A DNA stretch of 64,000 bases from an uncultured delta proteobacterium (GTDB taxonomy: Bacteria > Myxococcota_A > Polyangia > Polyangiales > B10-G4), in NCBI GenBank assembly GCA_963727445.1, contig CAVSGI010000020.1, positions 736,001 to 800,000 on the forward strand, read 5' to 3'. The notes under the pieces are model-generated. The model saw only the letters and a list, made by a program, of their open reading frames with translations, had not been told where the DNA came from and made no database searches. Made by a program: the position numbers and the translations under genes. The number at the start of each line of letters is the position of its first letter. The first letter of the stretch is position 1. Shown here in pieces: positions 1 to 10,906 of this stretch.

Positions 1-1101
1 GCTGAGCGCCCGGCGATTCTCGCGGGAGCTGGTGTGGGCGTGGCCGATGCACGTGACCATCTTCGGGAGCTGGCTGAGCTCCTTCCTGCTCGCGTTGCCA
101 CCTCGCCTCGAGGGAAGGGGATGCTCTCTGAAACTCACCCGCTTTCGCTCGGCGTGCTGGGATTCGCTGGACATCGGGCGGCGAAGGAAACGCTCTTGGG
201 AGACGAAGTCGATGTCCTGCTCACCGTTGGCGCGTCACTCAACGAGACCACGACGTTCAACTGGGACAAGTCGTTGAAGCCGCGGAACAAGCTCATCCAG
301 CTGGACATCGACGCGGATCGAATCGGCCGGAACTACCCCGTGGATGTCGCACTGGTCGGCGACGCCCAAACGATCCTGGTCGAGCTCATGTATCACGTAC
401 ATCGCCTCATCAGGGAAGGGATGCCCGCCCAATCGACTTGGAGAGGAGCGCCGCCACTCGCTCGTGGTCACGAGCGCTTCGACAACTTCGAGCACAGGGT
501 CTCGAATTCATCGCCAGTCACACCTCAGAGGTGGCGTGCCGACCTCCAGGAAGCCCTGCCTGACAATGCGGTGGTCTTCTCCGATATCGGCGGGCACATG
601 CTCTTCAACCTGCACCATCTCATCATCTCGGAGCAGCAGCGATTCGTCCTGAACCTGGGTTTTGGATCCATGGGACACGGAACCGTCGCCCCGATCGGCG
701 CGGCGATGGTCTTGAAAGAACGTCCGGTCATCGCCGTCATCGGGGACGCTTGCTTCACGATGAACGGCATGGAGCTCATCACCGCCGTCGAATACGACGC
801 CCCCGTGGTGTGGATCGTGGAAAACAACCAGATGCACGGGATCACCTGGTTCGGGAGTCAGATGGTCGGGCGCCGCCAACCCCTGCAGTCCGTCCGATAC
901 ACGCACGCGGTCGAGATCGCGGGAATCGCTCGGGCGATGGGCCTCCGGTCCTGGGTGGTGGACGGCCCGTCTCAGATTCAGGAAATTCTTCCGGAGGCGC
1001 TACAGCAAGCGCCCTCTCTCATCGAGGTGCGTGTGGATGCGTCTATCGCCCCGCCCTTGGGCGACCGCGCCAAGACAATCTCAGGCTTCACAAAGCGCTA
1101 A
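1..1101 (+). CDS. Thiamine pyrophosphate-dependent enzyme, acetolactate synthase-like (5' truncated by window edge)
   Basis: SPRGKG..ETHPLSLGVLG central domain, IQLDID, GFGSMG, TPP-binding motif GDACFTMNGMEL...VENN. Confidence 0.85.
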   Translation, partial: AERPAILAGAGVGVADARDHLRELAELLPARVATSPRGKGMLSETHPLSLGVLGFAGHRAAKETLLGDEVDVLLTVGASLNETTTFNWDKSLKPRNKLIQLDIDADRIGRNYPVDVALVGDAQTILVELMYHVHRLIREGMPAQSTWRGAPPLARGHERFDNFEHRVSNSSPVTPQRWRADLQEALPDNAVVFSDIGGHMLFNLHHLIISEQQRFVLNLGFGSMGHGTVAPIGAAMVLKERPVIAVIGDACFTMNGMELITAVEYDAPVVWIVENNQMHGITWFGSQMVGRRQPLQSVRYTHAVEIAGIARAMGLRSWVVDGPSQIQEILPEALQQAPSLIEVRVDASIAPPLGDRAKTISGFTKR

Positions 1102-2316
1102 ATAACCGATCTCGATTCGGGAACAAGCGAATCTGCTGAGTCTGCGTTTCTCGGGAAGATTGGTGCTCGGGAGCTACGCGGCTTGTCGGAGTTCCGGACA
1201 TCGTCCGGGAGGCCACGGGGAAACGGCGTCGAGCCAGACGGAGACGGCGAAGCAGAGATCCACGATATCGCGGTGTTGATGGTTGCGCGTGACGTTGGCG
1301 TGGAGGTCGCACCACATTCGTTCGATCAGGTTTTCATCGGGGCAGTAGGGCGGCAGGAAGTGAAGCTGAATGCGAGGAAGTTCTCGCAGCGCTGCGATCG
1401 TCTCGCGGCTCTTGTGTATTCCGTAGTTGTCGAGGATGACGTGGATGCATACGAGCATCGCGGTAGTGTTCGTCGAGCCTGCGCATCATGGCGATGAACA
1501 AGCTGCTGTTCTTGACGCCGTCGCCGACCCACAGGACCGTCCCGTCGCGAGCGTCGAGTGTGCCGGCGATGTAGGCCTTCTCGTTTTTTCCCGGCGTGAC
1601 GAGGCGTTTCTGCTCGCCGGAGAGCATCCAGTCGAGACCGACCTTGGGGTTGAGATGGATGTCCACCTCGTCCTTGTAGACTGCGACCTCGTCGTCGGGA
1701 AGTTCGTCCAGGAGCGTTCGGATCTTCTTGAGCCGCCGCCTGCGCTGGCGCTCGGACAGTGGGCACTGCACCGTGGGCTTGGGCCGCCCCCGCCGTGCTC
1801 CGATTCGCCGCAAGATCCTGCTCATGCTGCTGAGGCTCGACGCGCAGCCCCGTCTGCTCCTCGCACACGAGGATCAACACCTCGCGCGTCCACGTCGGCC
1901 GAGGGTGTCCATAGTCCCAGGGCGACTGCTGCAGAAGGCTCTGCACCGTGAGCACGTAGGAAGTCGGGATCGGCGGCGGTCCGTTGTCTCGCCGGCCGTC
2001 CAGCAATTCGTTCTCGACCACCCTCCACGAAGCGCTTCAGCACCCGACTCACCGTCGACGCCGCAACTCCGACCGCCTCACGCATTGCGGCTCGCCTCTT
2101 GCCTCGCACCGCCAGTGCCACGATTTGGGCACGCCGGAACAGATCGACATCACGGGACTTTCCCGCCCACCTCAAAAGGCGCCTTGCGCGCTGCCGGGAC
2201 CAGCGCGGTACATTCTCCATGTGGGTCTCCTTTCTCGTGATCTCTCGACAAGCTCACGATCGATTGGAGGCCCACGAACTTCAACCCACCACGATCCCGA
2301 ATCGTGGTCGGCTATT
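1101..2316 (-). mobile_element. IS630-family insertion sequence flanked by TA duplication
   Basis: Left end TA|AATAACCGATCTCGATTCGGGA (1099-1122); the right end reverse-complements to TA|AATAGCCGACCACGATTCGGGA (2295-2318), 21/24 identical; TA at 1099-1100 and 2317-2318; internal DDE transposase fragments. Confidence 0.9.
1174..2220 (-). pseudogene. IS630 transposase split over four frames
   Basis: N-terminal HTH (RRAQIVAL..STVSRVLKRF), winged HTH (PTWTREVL), DDE part (YKDEVDIHLNPKVGLDW), C-terminal part (HVILDNYGIHKS..LPPYCPDENLIERMW). Confidence 0.85.
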
Positions 2317-3125
2317 TAGCCCCTTGAACGCGCCGATCGGGGTGTGGTTCTACGAGGGGGGCCGACGTACATGGACTTCTCGAGTGGCAGCCCTTGCAGC
2401 GGAGGCGGTCGAAGTAGTGACGCTTCGTGTGCGTGCGCCCAAATCATGAGGTCGAAGAGCTTGATGACGATCATCGGGCATTGCTGTGGAGAGAATCCGA
2501 GGTCCAAGAGGATGGCGTTCAAGTACAGGGCGCCGTTTGCTCTGAGCTTGGAGGAATCCAGTGCAGCGACGAGCTCTTCGATTCGTCTGAAGTGCTCGCC
2601 ATCGAGCCCGCTCGATTCCACCGCGGTTCGCATCATCGGGATGCGCTCGTCTGCGTCCCGGCCGCCGCTCTTTCCGGGCACGCCGAACCCAGCAATCCGT
2701 TGACCAGATCGTCGCTGTGCGTCGATCCACCTCAGCATTCCATCGACCCCGCCGTTGTCTCGGGAGGCCCGCGCGAGTTCCTGGCAGACGAGCGCCGCCG
2801 CATCGGCGGGAGCCGGTCCAACGAAAGCGCCAGGCAGGCTGGCCGTGCACGCGGCGACTCCGGCCCAGGCGGAGCCATAGCTGGCAACGAGCCATGCGAC
2901 CTTCAGCGGCCAATTTCGCGGGTCACCTGCGATGCAGGCGACGCCCAGCTCATCGATTAGGTGAGCCTGTTCGCGGTCCAGTCGTGGTCCGCGGATGCTG
3001 ATGGAATAGGCGCTCCAGAATCCCGCGCCTCCCATGAGATCTTTCCCGACAGAAAGCCCTCGAACGGAGTTGTCGCCGAAGCCGGCGAAGCCTACGTCGG
3101 TCTCGACGGTCAGCTCATCGCTCAT
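2316..3125 (-). CDS. Citrate synthase/citryl-CoA lyase-like fold protein
   Basis: VRGLSVGKDL N-terminus, RIAGFGVPG..DER motif and AILLDLGF, resembling the citrate synthase small domain. Confidence 0.55.
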   Translation of the reverse strand: MSDELTVETDVGFAGFGDNSVRGLSVGKDLMGGAGFWSAYSISIRGPRLDREQAHLIDELGVACIAGDPRNWPLKVAWLVASYGSAWAGVAACTASLPGAFVGPAPADAAALVCQELARASRDNGGVDGMLRWIDAQRRSGQRIAGFGVPGKSGGRDADERIPMMRTAVESSGLDGEHFRRIEELVAALDSSKLRANGALYLNAILLDLGFSPQQCPMIVIKLFDLMIWAHAHEASLLRPPPLQGLPLEKSMYVGPPRRTTPRSARSRG

Positions 3126-3822
3126 GGGCGACACCGGGTGGGACGAATCGTGGAAGGTTGATGGGGTAGGAGTTCAAATCTCCCCGCTCATGTCTGAGCG
3201 CCTCGCTCAGGGCGAGCGGAAGGCGGCAGGCGGTGAAGGCCGCCTCGATTTGCCACTCATGACGGAGACCTGCGTACCAAAGACACACAAGCGTTGCTGC
3301 GCTGGAGTCGACCTCGAGACTCAAAGCCGCCGGGCATGCATCGGCTCCCCGTAGCGCCACGCGAAGGCGTTCGACGCGGGCATCATCTTGGTCGCTCGAG
3401 CGAGCACCACAGGCGGGCAAGGAGTCCTGACTTCCTCCGTCTCTCAGCCACTTCAGGAGTGGTGCCATCCTCGAGAGCTCACTGCGGATTTGCTCGGCTA
3501 GCCCGATGGCCGCGACCGAGGTGACGCCTGCGGTTCGTGCACCGTAGCGTTTGGCGAGCATCGCGGCGTGCACAGGTGCGCTCGTTACGTGGGTTGCCGC
3601 GACGAAATGGGCGACGATACGAAAACACCGTGCTTCCTCTTCCGCGGGCGCCCGTCCCAGCAAGGCCAAGAGAAGCGTTTCGTCAAAGCCGTAGTGAAGG
3701 GCAAGGTCGGTTTCGAGGGAATAGCCGTGGAGGAAGTGCTCCCCGTTCTCGACGGCGCAGGCCCGGGCTTCGAGAACGTCGGGCGTCTTCATGTCATCGA
3801 TCGGTGAGCGGACTTCTGTCAT
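3115..3822 (-). CDS. Citrate synthase-like helical protein (partner of 2316-3125)
   Basis: LHGYSLETDL..LLGRAP, SAPVHAAMLA; overlaps the start of the downstream gene. Confidence 0.5.
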   Translation of the reverse strand: MTEVRSPIDDMKTPDVLEARACAVENGEHFLHGYSLETDLALHYGFDETLLLALLGRAPAEEEARCFRIVAHFVAATHVTSAPVHAAMLAKRYGARTAGVTSVAAIGLAEQIRSELSRMAPLLKWLRDGGSQDSLPACGARSSDQDDARVERLRVALRGADACPAALSLEVDSSAATLVCLWYAGLRHEWQIEAAFTACRLPLALSEALRHERGDLNSYPINLPRFVPPGVAHER

Positions 3823-3825
3823 TGC

Positions 3826-5874
3826 TCAAGGCGTGTACCAGATCGGGCTGCTCCACGCCCGCTCTTGGACGGTCTTGGCGCGGTTGGGGTCGCAGCAGGC
3901 CCACAAGGGGTCGCCTTCGCTCATCGCGGAGCAGTCGACGCCGAGGGAGTTGCAGCGGTACTGGCTCCAACGGCAGGTGGGGTTCTCGACGACGCGGGCG
4001 TAGTAGAAGGCGGCCTGGGCGGGGTCGAAGTCGGGGTCGGTCCAGACGGTGCACAGGGAGTCGGCGCCGGCGCCGCTGGGGGTGCAGGTGGCGGTGTCGA
4101 CGGTGGCGCCGTTGTCGGGGTCTCCGCCGACCTCGTAGACCTCCTCGTGTGTGACGCCGGCCGCGTCGATCCAACCCTTCACGATCTGGATGCGCTGGAG
4201 CTGTACGCCCATCGGGTCGCGCATGGCCGAGACGACGAACTTCGGCGCGGCGTCGGCCGGGTCGCGCGAGAGCTCTCCGCCCATCGGCACGCCGCCGGCG
4301 TAACCCTCCGAGACCAGCATCGGATCGCTGCACAGATCGTCGGCGTAGCCGAAACCGCCGAAGAAGCGCAGGACGATACGCGTGCCGCTGGTGGCGTAGG
4401 ACTCGCGCGCCCTCAGGTTGTCGAAGATCGATTCGCGACTGTTCTCCTCCGCCCAGACGACGGCGAGCCCGCCCGGCGAGGCGGTGAAGCCGCGGACGAG
4501 GATGTTGCCCGTCGTGCCCAGCGCCTCCTCGGGGTCGTCGTCACTGTTTCCCTGGTAGCCCTGCCAGCTCGCCTCGTCGGTGCTGCCGGCGCTGCCGTTG
4601 TGCGAATCGGTGCTGCCGATGAAGCCGAACTGGAACGGATTTTCGCCGACGCGCGCCTGCTCCGCGAGGCCGTTGCGCAGCGCTCCCCGCACGAAGTCCC
4701 CCGGGTCGACGCAGCCGCCGAGGAAACCGAGCCCGCCGCCGTTGCTGCAGAGGTCCGTGCAGTCCGGGTCGTCGCCGGGGCCGCCGGTGCACATGTCCCG
4801 GTGGATCATCTCGAAGCTGCAGAGCTCGTCCTCGCTCGCGAGAGGGTCGTCGACGCGGATGAAGCACTCGCTCGAACCCTTGTGTTGATAGAGCTCGACG
4901 ATGGGCTCCATCGCGGCGCGCCGGGCGGCGAGCGCGGCGTCGTAGGGCTCGTGCAGAACCGTCTCGGGAACGAACATCAGGCTCGCGCCCAGGTTGGAGT
5001 TGTGCGGGATGATCACCGCCTCGCACTCGTCGCTTGCGTCCATGCAGGTGTGATCGAGCGCGTCCCAGAGCTTCTCCGGGTAGGACGCCTCCACGTAGCT
5101 CGTCGGGACCGTCGGGACGGTGCGGCTGCGGAAGATCACGTTGCGGTGGATGTTCGAGCCAGCCGGCGCGCCGGTCCACTCGTAGCCGACGAAGGAGGTG
5201 AAAGAGCAGTCGCTCGTTCGATCGTAGGCCTCCTCGGCGGCATCCATGATCTCGTTCCAGCTGTCGGCGAGGGCTGCGGCGCAGGTCGCCGGATCGGCGC
5301 GACAGAGGGGCGCGCGGAGCGGCGGGTTGGTGAGGAAGGGGGTGGTGATGGGACCGAAGTCGCCGATCACCGCGTCGCCCGCGCGGTAGGCGACGCAGGT
5401 GCTGCTGTCGTAGGCCTCGGTGCCAGGCGTCCAGCACAGCGGCGTTTCGGCGAGGAACTCCGAGTGCTCGGTCACCGCGGCGAAGTCGAGGGGCCGGTCG
5501 AGGGTCGCGGTGCGCGTCGCGTTCCCCGCGCTGTCGTAGGGCGGCAGGTCGAGGGGACCGCCCTTGGCGTAGCGGTAGACGTCGCGCGGCCGGACGCGCA
5601 CGTCGAAGGTCACGGCGTCGAAGGAGAGCGACGTGTGCACGTGGAGGTCGCCGAAGAGCGGGCGCTTGAGCGGGTCCCGGTCTGCGCAGGCCTCGCGATC
5701 GTCCGGGCGCATCACCACCAGCGGCCCGGTGTCGGCTGGTCCGGTGTCCACCGCCGAGTCCATCGCCGAGTCCGCGCCAGAGTCGACCGCCGCGTCCACG
5801 GTGGCGTCGTCGCCACAGCCGAAGAGGCCGCCGGCACAGAGGCTCAGCACGAACAAGCGAAGCGGGGAGCGCAT
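3826..5874 (-). CDS. DUF3604 family lipoprotein (PHP-like metal-binding domain)
   Basis: Lipobox LFGC, FGDLHVHTSLSFDA, AAVTEHSE, GYEWT, HRNVIF, IPHNSN, GSTDSH, QERAWSSPIWY. Confidence 0.85.
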   Translation of the reverse strand: MRSPLRLFVLSLCAGGLFGCGDDATVDAAVDSGADSAMDSAVDTGPADTGPLVVMRPDDREACADRDPLKRPLFGDLHVHTSLSFDAVTFDVRVRPRDVYRYAKGGPLDLPPYDSAGNATRTATLDRPLDFAAVTEHSEFLAETPLCWTPGTEAYDSSTCVAYRAGDAVIGDFGPITTPFLTNPPLRAPLCRADPATCAAALADSWNEIMDAAEEAYDRTSDCSFTSFVGYEWTGAPAGSNIHRNVIFRSRTVPTVPTSYVEASYPEKLWDALDHTCMDASDECEAVIIPHNSNLGASLMFVPETVLHEPYDAALAARRAAMEPIVELYQHKGSSECFIRVDDPLASEDELCSFEMIHRDMCTGGPGDDPDCTDLCSNGGGLGFLGGCVDPGDFVRGALRNGLAEQARVGENPFQFGFIGSTDSHNGSAGSTDEASWQGYQGNSDDDPEEALGTTGNILVRGFTASPGGLAVVWAEENSRESIFDNLRARESYATSGTRIVLRFFGGFGYADDLCSDPMLVSEGYAGGVPMGGELSRDPADAAPKFVVSAMRDPMGVQLQRIQIVKGWIDAAGVTHEEVYEVGGDPDNGATVDTATCTPSGAGADSLCTVWTDPDFDPAQAAFYYARVVENPTCRWSQYRCNSLGVDCSAMSEGDPLWACCDPNRAKTVQERAWSSPIWYTP

Positions 5875-5888
5875 GAAGCGCGCCCAGT

Positions 5889-6626
5889 CTAACGCGGACC
5901 CTCCGTCGCCGCACCCTCATCGACGTCCTCGGCTGCTTCTGCGGGCGCTTCTTCGGCCTCCTCTTCGGCCTCCTCTTCGGGCGCTTCACCCACGTCGGAT
6001 GGCCCTGCCGTGAGGGCGCGAAAACGGCGGACGAACTCGCCGAAGATCACTGGCCCGGCGTCCACCGCGTATTCGTTCTCGCAGCTCTTCACCACCAGGT
6101 CACGCGCGCTGGCCACCGAATCGAGGCGCGACAAGGGGATGCGACCCTGGATCGCCTCCTGTACGCCGAGCGCGGTCATGCCGCCCTCGTGCTGGGCGTC
6201 GTCCACCGGCTGCGCTTGGCCGTCTCCGACGAAGGCGAGCTCGTCGCATCCCACCCACTGCGGTTGCGCGTGCGAGGCGCGCAGCGAGGCCACGACCACG
6301 TCGCGGTCGAGCGCAGGCAGGCCGACCAGCTCGACCACGTGGTTGCCCGTTCCGTCGACAGGCAGCAGCGCGATCACACGGACGGCGCCGGTGCGGCTCG
6401 GCCGTTCCTCCACCCTTCCGCGTCGCGGGATGTCTTCCACTCGGGCGAGAGACGCGCGGGGCGCCCAGGTCCCATCGATCGACTCGCTCTCCTCCTCGGC
6501 GATGTCGTCCTCGTCGCCGGAGGAGCTCGCTTCCTCCTCGTCGCGTGCGCCGCCCCGCCCCGCGGGCGCCCCACACCCGTGGGCGAGCAAGAGCGCGACA
6601 GAAGCGATGGCGAGGAAGATTTTCAC
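5889..6626 (-). CDS. Hypothetical lipoprotein with acidic tail
   Basis: GTG start overlapping the upstream TGA; signal peptide KIFLAIASVALLLAHGC. Confidence 0.65.
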   Translation of the reverse strand: MKIFLAIASVALLLAHGCGAPAGRGGARDEEEASSSGDEDDIAEEESESIDGTWAPRASLARVEDIPRRGRVEERPSRTGAVRVIALLPVDGTGNHVVELVGLPALDRDVVVASLRASHAQPQWVGCDELAFVGDGQAQPVDDAQHEGGMTALGVQEAIQGRIPLSRLDSVASARDLVVKSCENEYAVDAGPVIFGEFVRRFRALTAGPSDVGEAPEEEAEEEAEEAPAEAAEDVDEGAATEGPR

Positions 6627-7327
6627 TCTCGGGATCCCTCTTCGTCGGGGGTGTTCGAGAAGGAGAAGGGGTAGCGGACGTGTACCATGCCTCCGCCTTC
6701 GGGTGCAGGGAGCTCGAGGGTGTAGAGGGTCTCGGACACGCACTCGTCGAGGATGTCGTGACGCAACGTGCTGTCGTCGTCGATCGCCGTGCGCTCCACC
6801 GCGCCGCCCGCGTCGGGTTCACCCTCGATGTCGAACTCCACGACCAGCCGCCCCTCGAGGCTCTGGTCGTCCTGGAGCGCGAGCTCGTAGCACTCGGCGA
6901 TCAGTGGCGATACGGCCCGCACGGCGTCGCGGATGTACTGCGGATCGAGGGAGCCCCGCGGGACCTCTTCGCCGTTGACCGCCGAGCCGCCGGTCTCCAC
7001 CGGGCTCCGCTGGCCTTCGGCGAGCTCGCGCGCCTCTTCCGCTTCCCGACGCTCGCGCGCGCGCTGGATGCGGCGCCGCAGCTCCTCGGCGAGGGCGCGG
7101 ACCTCGGGGTCGTTGGCGTGCACGCGCGGATCGACCGTCTCCTCGGCGTCGGGCTCGGCATCGGTCGCGCCCGCGTCGGGCCCGGACCCACTCACCGTCT
7201 CGGCTCCGTTTCCGGCGCCGCCGGCCGCCTGCGACGGCGATGACCCGTCCGAAGCCGCCATCCAAATCGCGATCGCGAGGACGCAGAGGACCCCCACTCC
7301 GATCCCCAGCCATGGTCCGCGTCGCAT
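6623..7327 (-). CDS. Membrane-anchored AgmX/PglI C-terminal (TonB-C-like) domain protein
   Basis: N-terminal TM helix; GSLDPQYIRDAV..IAECYE..GRLVVEFDI..CV..VRYPFSF. Confidence 0.75.
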   Translation of the reverse strand: MRRGPWLGIGVGVLCVLAIAIWMAASDGSSPSQAAGGAGNGAETVSGSGPDAGATDAEPDAEETVDPRVHANDPEVRALAEELRRRIQRARERREAEEARELAEGQRSPVETGGSAVNGEEVPRGSLDPQYIRDAVRAVSPLIAECYELALQDDQSLEGRLVVEFDIEGEPDAGGAVERTAIDDDSTLRHDILDECVSETLYTLELPAPEGGGMVHVRYPFSFSNTPDEEGSRE

Positions 7328-7411
7328 CCGCGCATGCTCCCCGAAGCTTCGCGGGTGGGCAACCTCGGGCTCGGGGGTGACGACGCTCGGAGGCCGGGCT
7401 ATAGGGGCGTC

Positions 7412-8302
<891 letters not shown>

Positions 8303-8330
8303 GGGCCCCCGAGCTGCTAGGCTCTCGGGC

Positions 8331-9221
8331 ATGGACGCTCGACGACGCCCCTGGCTCCTCGCCGCCGCCTTGATTGCCAGCGGTTGCTCTTCGAACGACC
8401 CCGAGCCCTGCACGGACGCCTGTGAAGAGCTGAGCTTCGACGTCATCGTCTCGCACGAGGGGAGCGAGGTGACCATCACCGATGGCGCCACCATACCGTG
8501 GGAGTACGGCTTTCAAGGCGGCACCATGATCCGGCCGCAAATCGTCGTCGCCGACGGCGCCATGGCGGGCGAGCTCGTCGAGGTGACGCTGAGCCACGAC
8601 GCGGACCCCGCCGATCCGGACACTCTGGGGCAGGCGGCGGACTTCCCCACGTTCACGGTGAGCGAGCACCTGCGCGAGGAGGAGGGGCGGCTCGTGGCCG
8701 GGCCCTTCGATGATCAGATCGGCTGGACCGAGTTGAACGGCACGCATTTCATCCTCGGGCTACAGGCCCGCGCGGAGACCGCGGCTGGGACCTTCAGCGC
8801 TGCCGTGACCGTGTCCAACGCAGAAGGCCCGTGTGATGCCTTCATCCCGAGCGATGCCAGCGGCTGTGTGTACGCCGACATTCCCGGTGTGGTGACCGTG
8901 ACGAGCATCGATGACCCCGCGGCCGGCGAGCCCACATGCACAGGTGGACGAGCGGTGACGCTCGCCTTCACGGCGGAAGACCTCGACGCGGCTCAGAGCT
9001 GTGCGGACGCCCTCCCGTTCGGCGAGAGCGTCGAACGGAGCGTCACCTTGCGCCTCGCCGACGGACGGTATCCCCCCGATGGGTGCCTCGCCGACCTCGG
9101 CGTCACCCTCGGCGCGACCTTCGACGCTGAGCTCAGCCTCATCTCGAACGGAACGTGCACGCCCGCCAACTTCACCTGGGCGATGCCGGACCTCGCGGCG
9201 TGCGAGGCGGCCTGCATGTAG
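8331..9221 (+). CDS. Hypothetical Cys-containing lipoprotein
   Basis: RRRPWLLAAALIASGC lipobox; GFQGGTMI motif. Confidence 0.7.
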   Translation: MDARRRPWLLAAALIASGCSSNDPEPCTDACEELSFDVIVSHEGSEVTITDGATIPWEYGFQGGTMIRPQIVVADGAMAGELVEVTLSHDADPADPDTLGQAADFPTFTVSEHLREEEGRLVAGPFDDQIGWTELNGTHFILGLQARAETAAGTFSAAVTVSNAEGPCDAFIPSDASGCVYADIPGVVTVTSIDDPAAGEPTCTGGRAVTLAFTAEDLDAAQSCADALPFGESVERSVTLRLADGRYPPDGCLADLGVTLGATFDAELSLISNGTCTPANFTWAMPDLAACEAACM

Positions 9222-9233
9222 CGCGCGCGGCTG

Positions 9234-10813
9234 TCAGACACACTCACCGACCATGGTCGAGCTGGCCCCGACGCAGGTCTCCCCGCTCCGGCAGTCGGCG
9301 GTCGTGAGGCAGCCCGGGAAGCACACCGTAGAGCCGCCGGTGCCGATCCCCGCCGTGCTGGGATCCCAACATCCGTCGCCCGAGAGGCACTGGCTCGCGT
9401 CGGTGCAGGTCTTGACGCAGAAGGTGGTGTCCGCGCCCGTCACCGAGGCGCAGAGCGCACCGGTACCGCAGACGTCGGACGGAATCCCCGGCGCACCGCA
9501 GTCGAAGAGGGTGCAGTGGTTGCCGCTCCCGAAATCGCGACACTGCCCGGCGCCGTAGGGCGAGTAGCAGGTGCTCTCGTCGGTGCAGGAGGCGCCGATG
9601 TTCGGAGTGCGGACGGCGTTGTAGTTGCCGGGAATGCACCCGCCGTTGGTGGTTCCCGCGCTGCCGACCCCATCCCAGAAGCAGGTGTAGCCGCTGCGGC
9701 ACCCGAGCGCGCCCGAGAAGCGGCTCGTGCTCACGTTCCGGCCGACCTCACAGGGCGCCACGCACAGAGCGATCCCGAGGCCCCGGCTCTGGCACACGCC
9801 GGAGCCCGCGCAGGTCACCCCGGGGACGTCGCAGCCGAAGCGTGTGCAGTAGCCTCCCGGCCAGCCGCCGGCCGAGCCGAGATCCTGGATGCAGTCGCCG
9901 TTTCGCTCGCACTCGAAATCGTTGTCGCAGGTGTCGCCAGCCTCGGCGCCGCTGGTGCCGTTGTGCTCACACCGCGCGGTGACGGCGTTGCAGCGGGCGC
10001 TGGTGCTGGCGTCGTAGACGAGGCGGTCGCCACTTGGATTGCTCATCGCGTCATAAGGGTCGATGTACCCGTTGCCGTTCGTGTCGTCGCGGATGACGCG
10101 GCACTCGGTGTCGCTCATGCATCCGGGGACGCATCCCTGAGTGGTGAGCCCGCACTCGTAGTCGGCCCGGCAGGGGTTGGTGGTGAGTGACGGGGTGCAG
10201 CTCCGCGCACACAACCCCACGGTGACGCCACGGGTGTCGGTTCCAGCGTCGAGGCAGACCGCGCAGGCCAGGCCGCCGCAGGACATCTCGTCGTTGGGGT
10301 CGCAGCCGCCCATGTCGACCGCGGCTGCGTTGCTGCAATAGCCGTCGACCCAGCTGGTCGTGGGCACGCTCGTGCCGCCCCCCGGAAGTCCGGTGATCGG
10401 GTCGTCGCTGCCGCCGAGGCTGCCGGAGAATTCGTCGATGCAAAGCGGGCTGCTGAGGCAACCGCGGGTGGGGTCACAGGGCTGGCCGACGTCGCAGCCC
10501 GGCGGGAGGGTGGTGTCGGGGCGGGAGGAATCCGGAATGGACGAATCGGGCACGCTCGAATCGGGCACGCTCGAATCGGGCACGCGCGAATCGGGCACGC
10601 GCGAGTCGGGCACGCTGCTGTCGGGCACGCGCGAGTCGGGCACGCGCAGTCGGGCACGCCGCTGTCCGGCGGCGACGTGTCGCCCATGGAGCCGTCGATG
10701 GGCAGGCTGGTGTCCGCGCCCGAGTCCGCGACGGTGCGACGTCGCGACTCGCCACAGCCGACGACGGAAATTGAGACCACCACGGCGGTGGCGGAAAAGA
10801 TCATCCAGCGCAC
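9234..10813 (-). CDS. Cys-rich secreted lipoprotein with PDS(S/R)V linker repeats (apparent frameshift near 10645)
   Basis: Signal peptide ..SISVVGC in ORF 10115-10843 continues into Cys-rich ORF 9234-10643 (WPGGYC, DTNGNG). Confidence 0.7.
10543..10668 (-). repeat. 15-bp tandem repeat encoding a PDS(S/R)V linker
   Basis: About 8 GAATCGGGCACGC(T/G)C-like units on the + strand. Confidence 0.85.
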
Positions 10814-10906
10814 GTCCCCCTCCTGTGCCTGGAGTGTTAGCACATCGGGCGCATCTGTCCCGGGGCGGCTCGGTAGCAGTGGAGCGACCGGACTGACAGC
10901 GTTTGG

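Noticed and set aside
3865..5892. Long antisense ORFs (also 20863-22902, 28316-29860, 60845-62851 and similar)
   Set aside because: These are typical high-GC shadow frames opposite well-supported genes and have no recognisable motifs.
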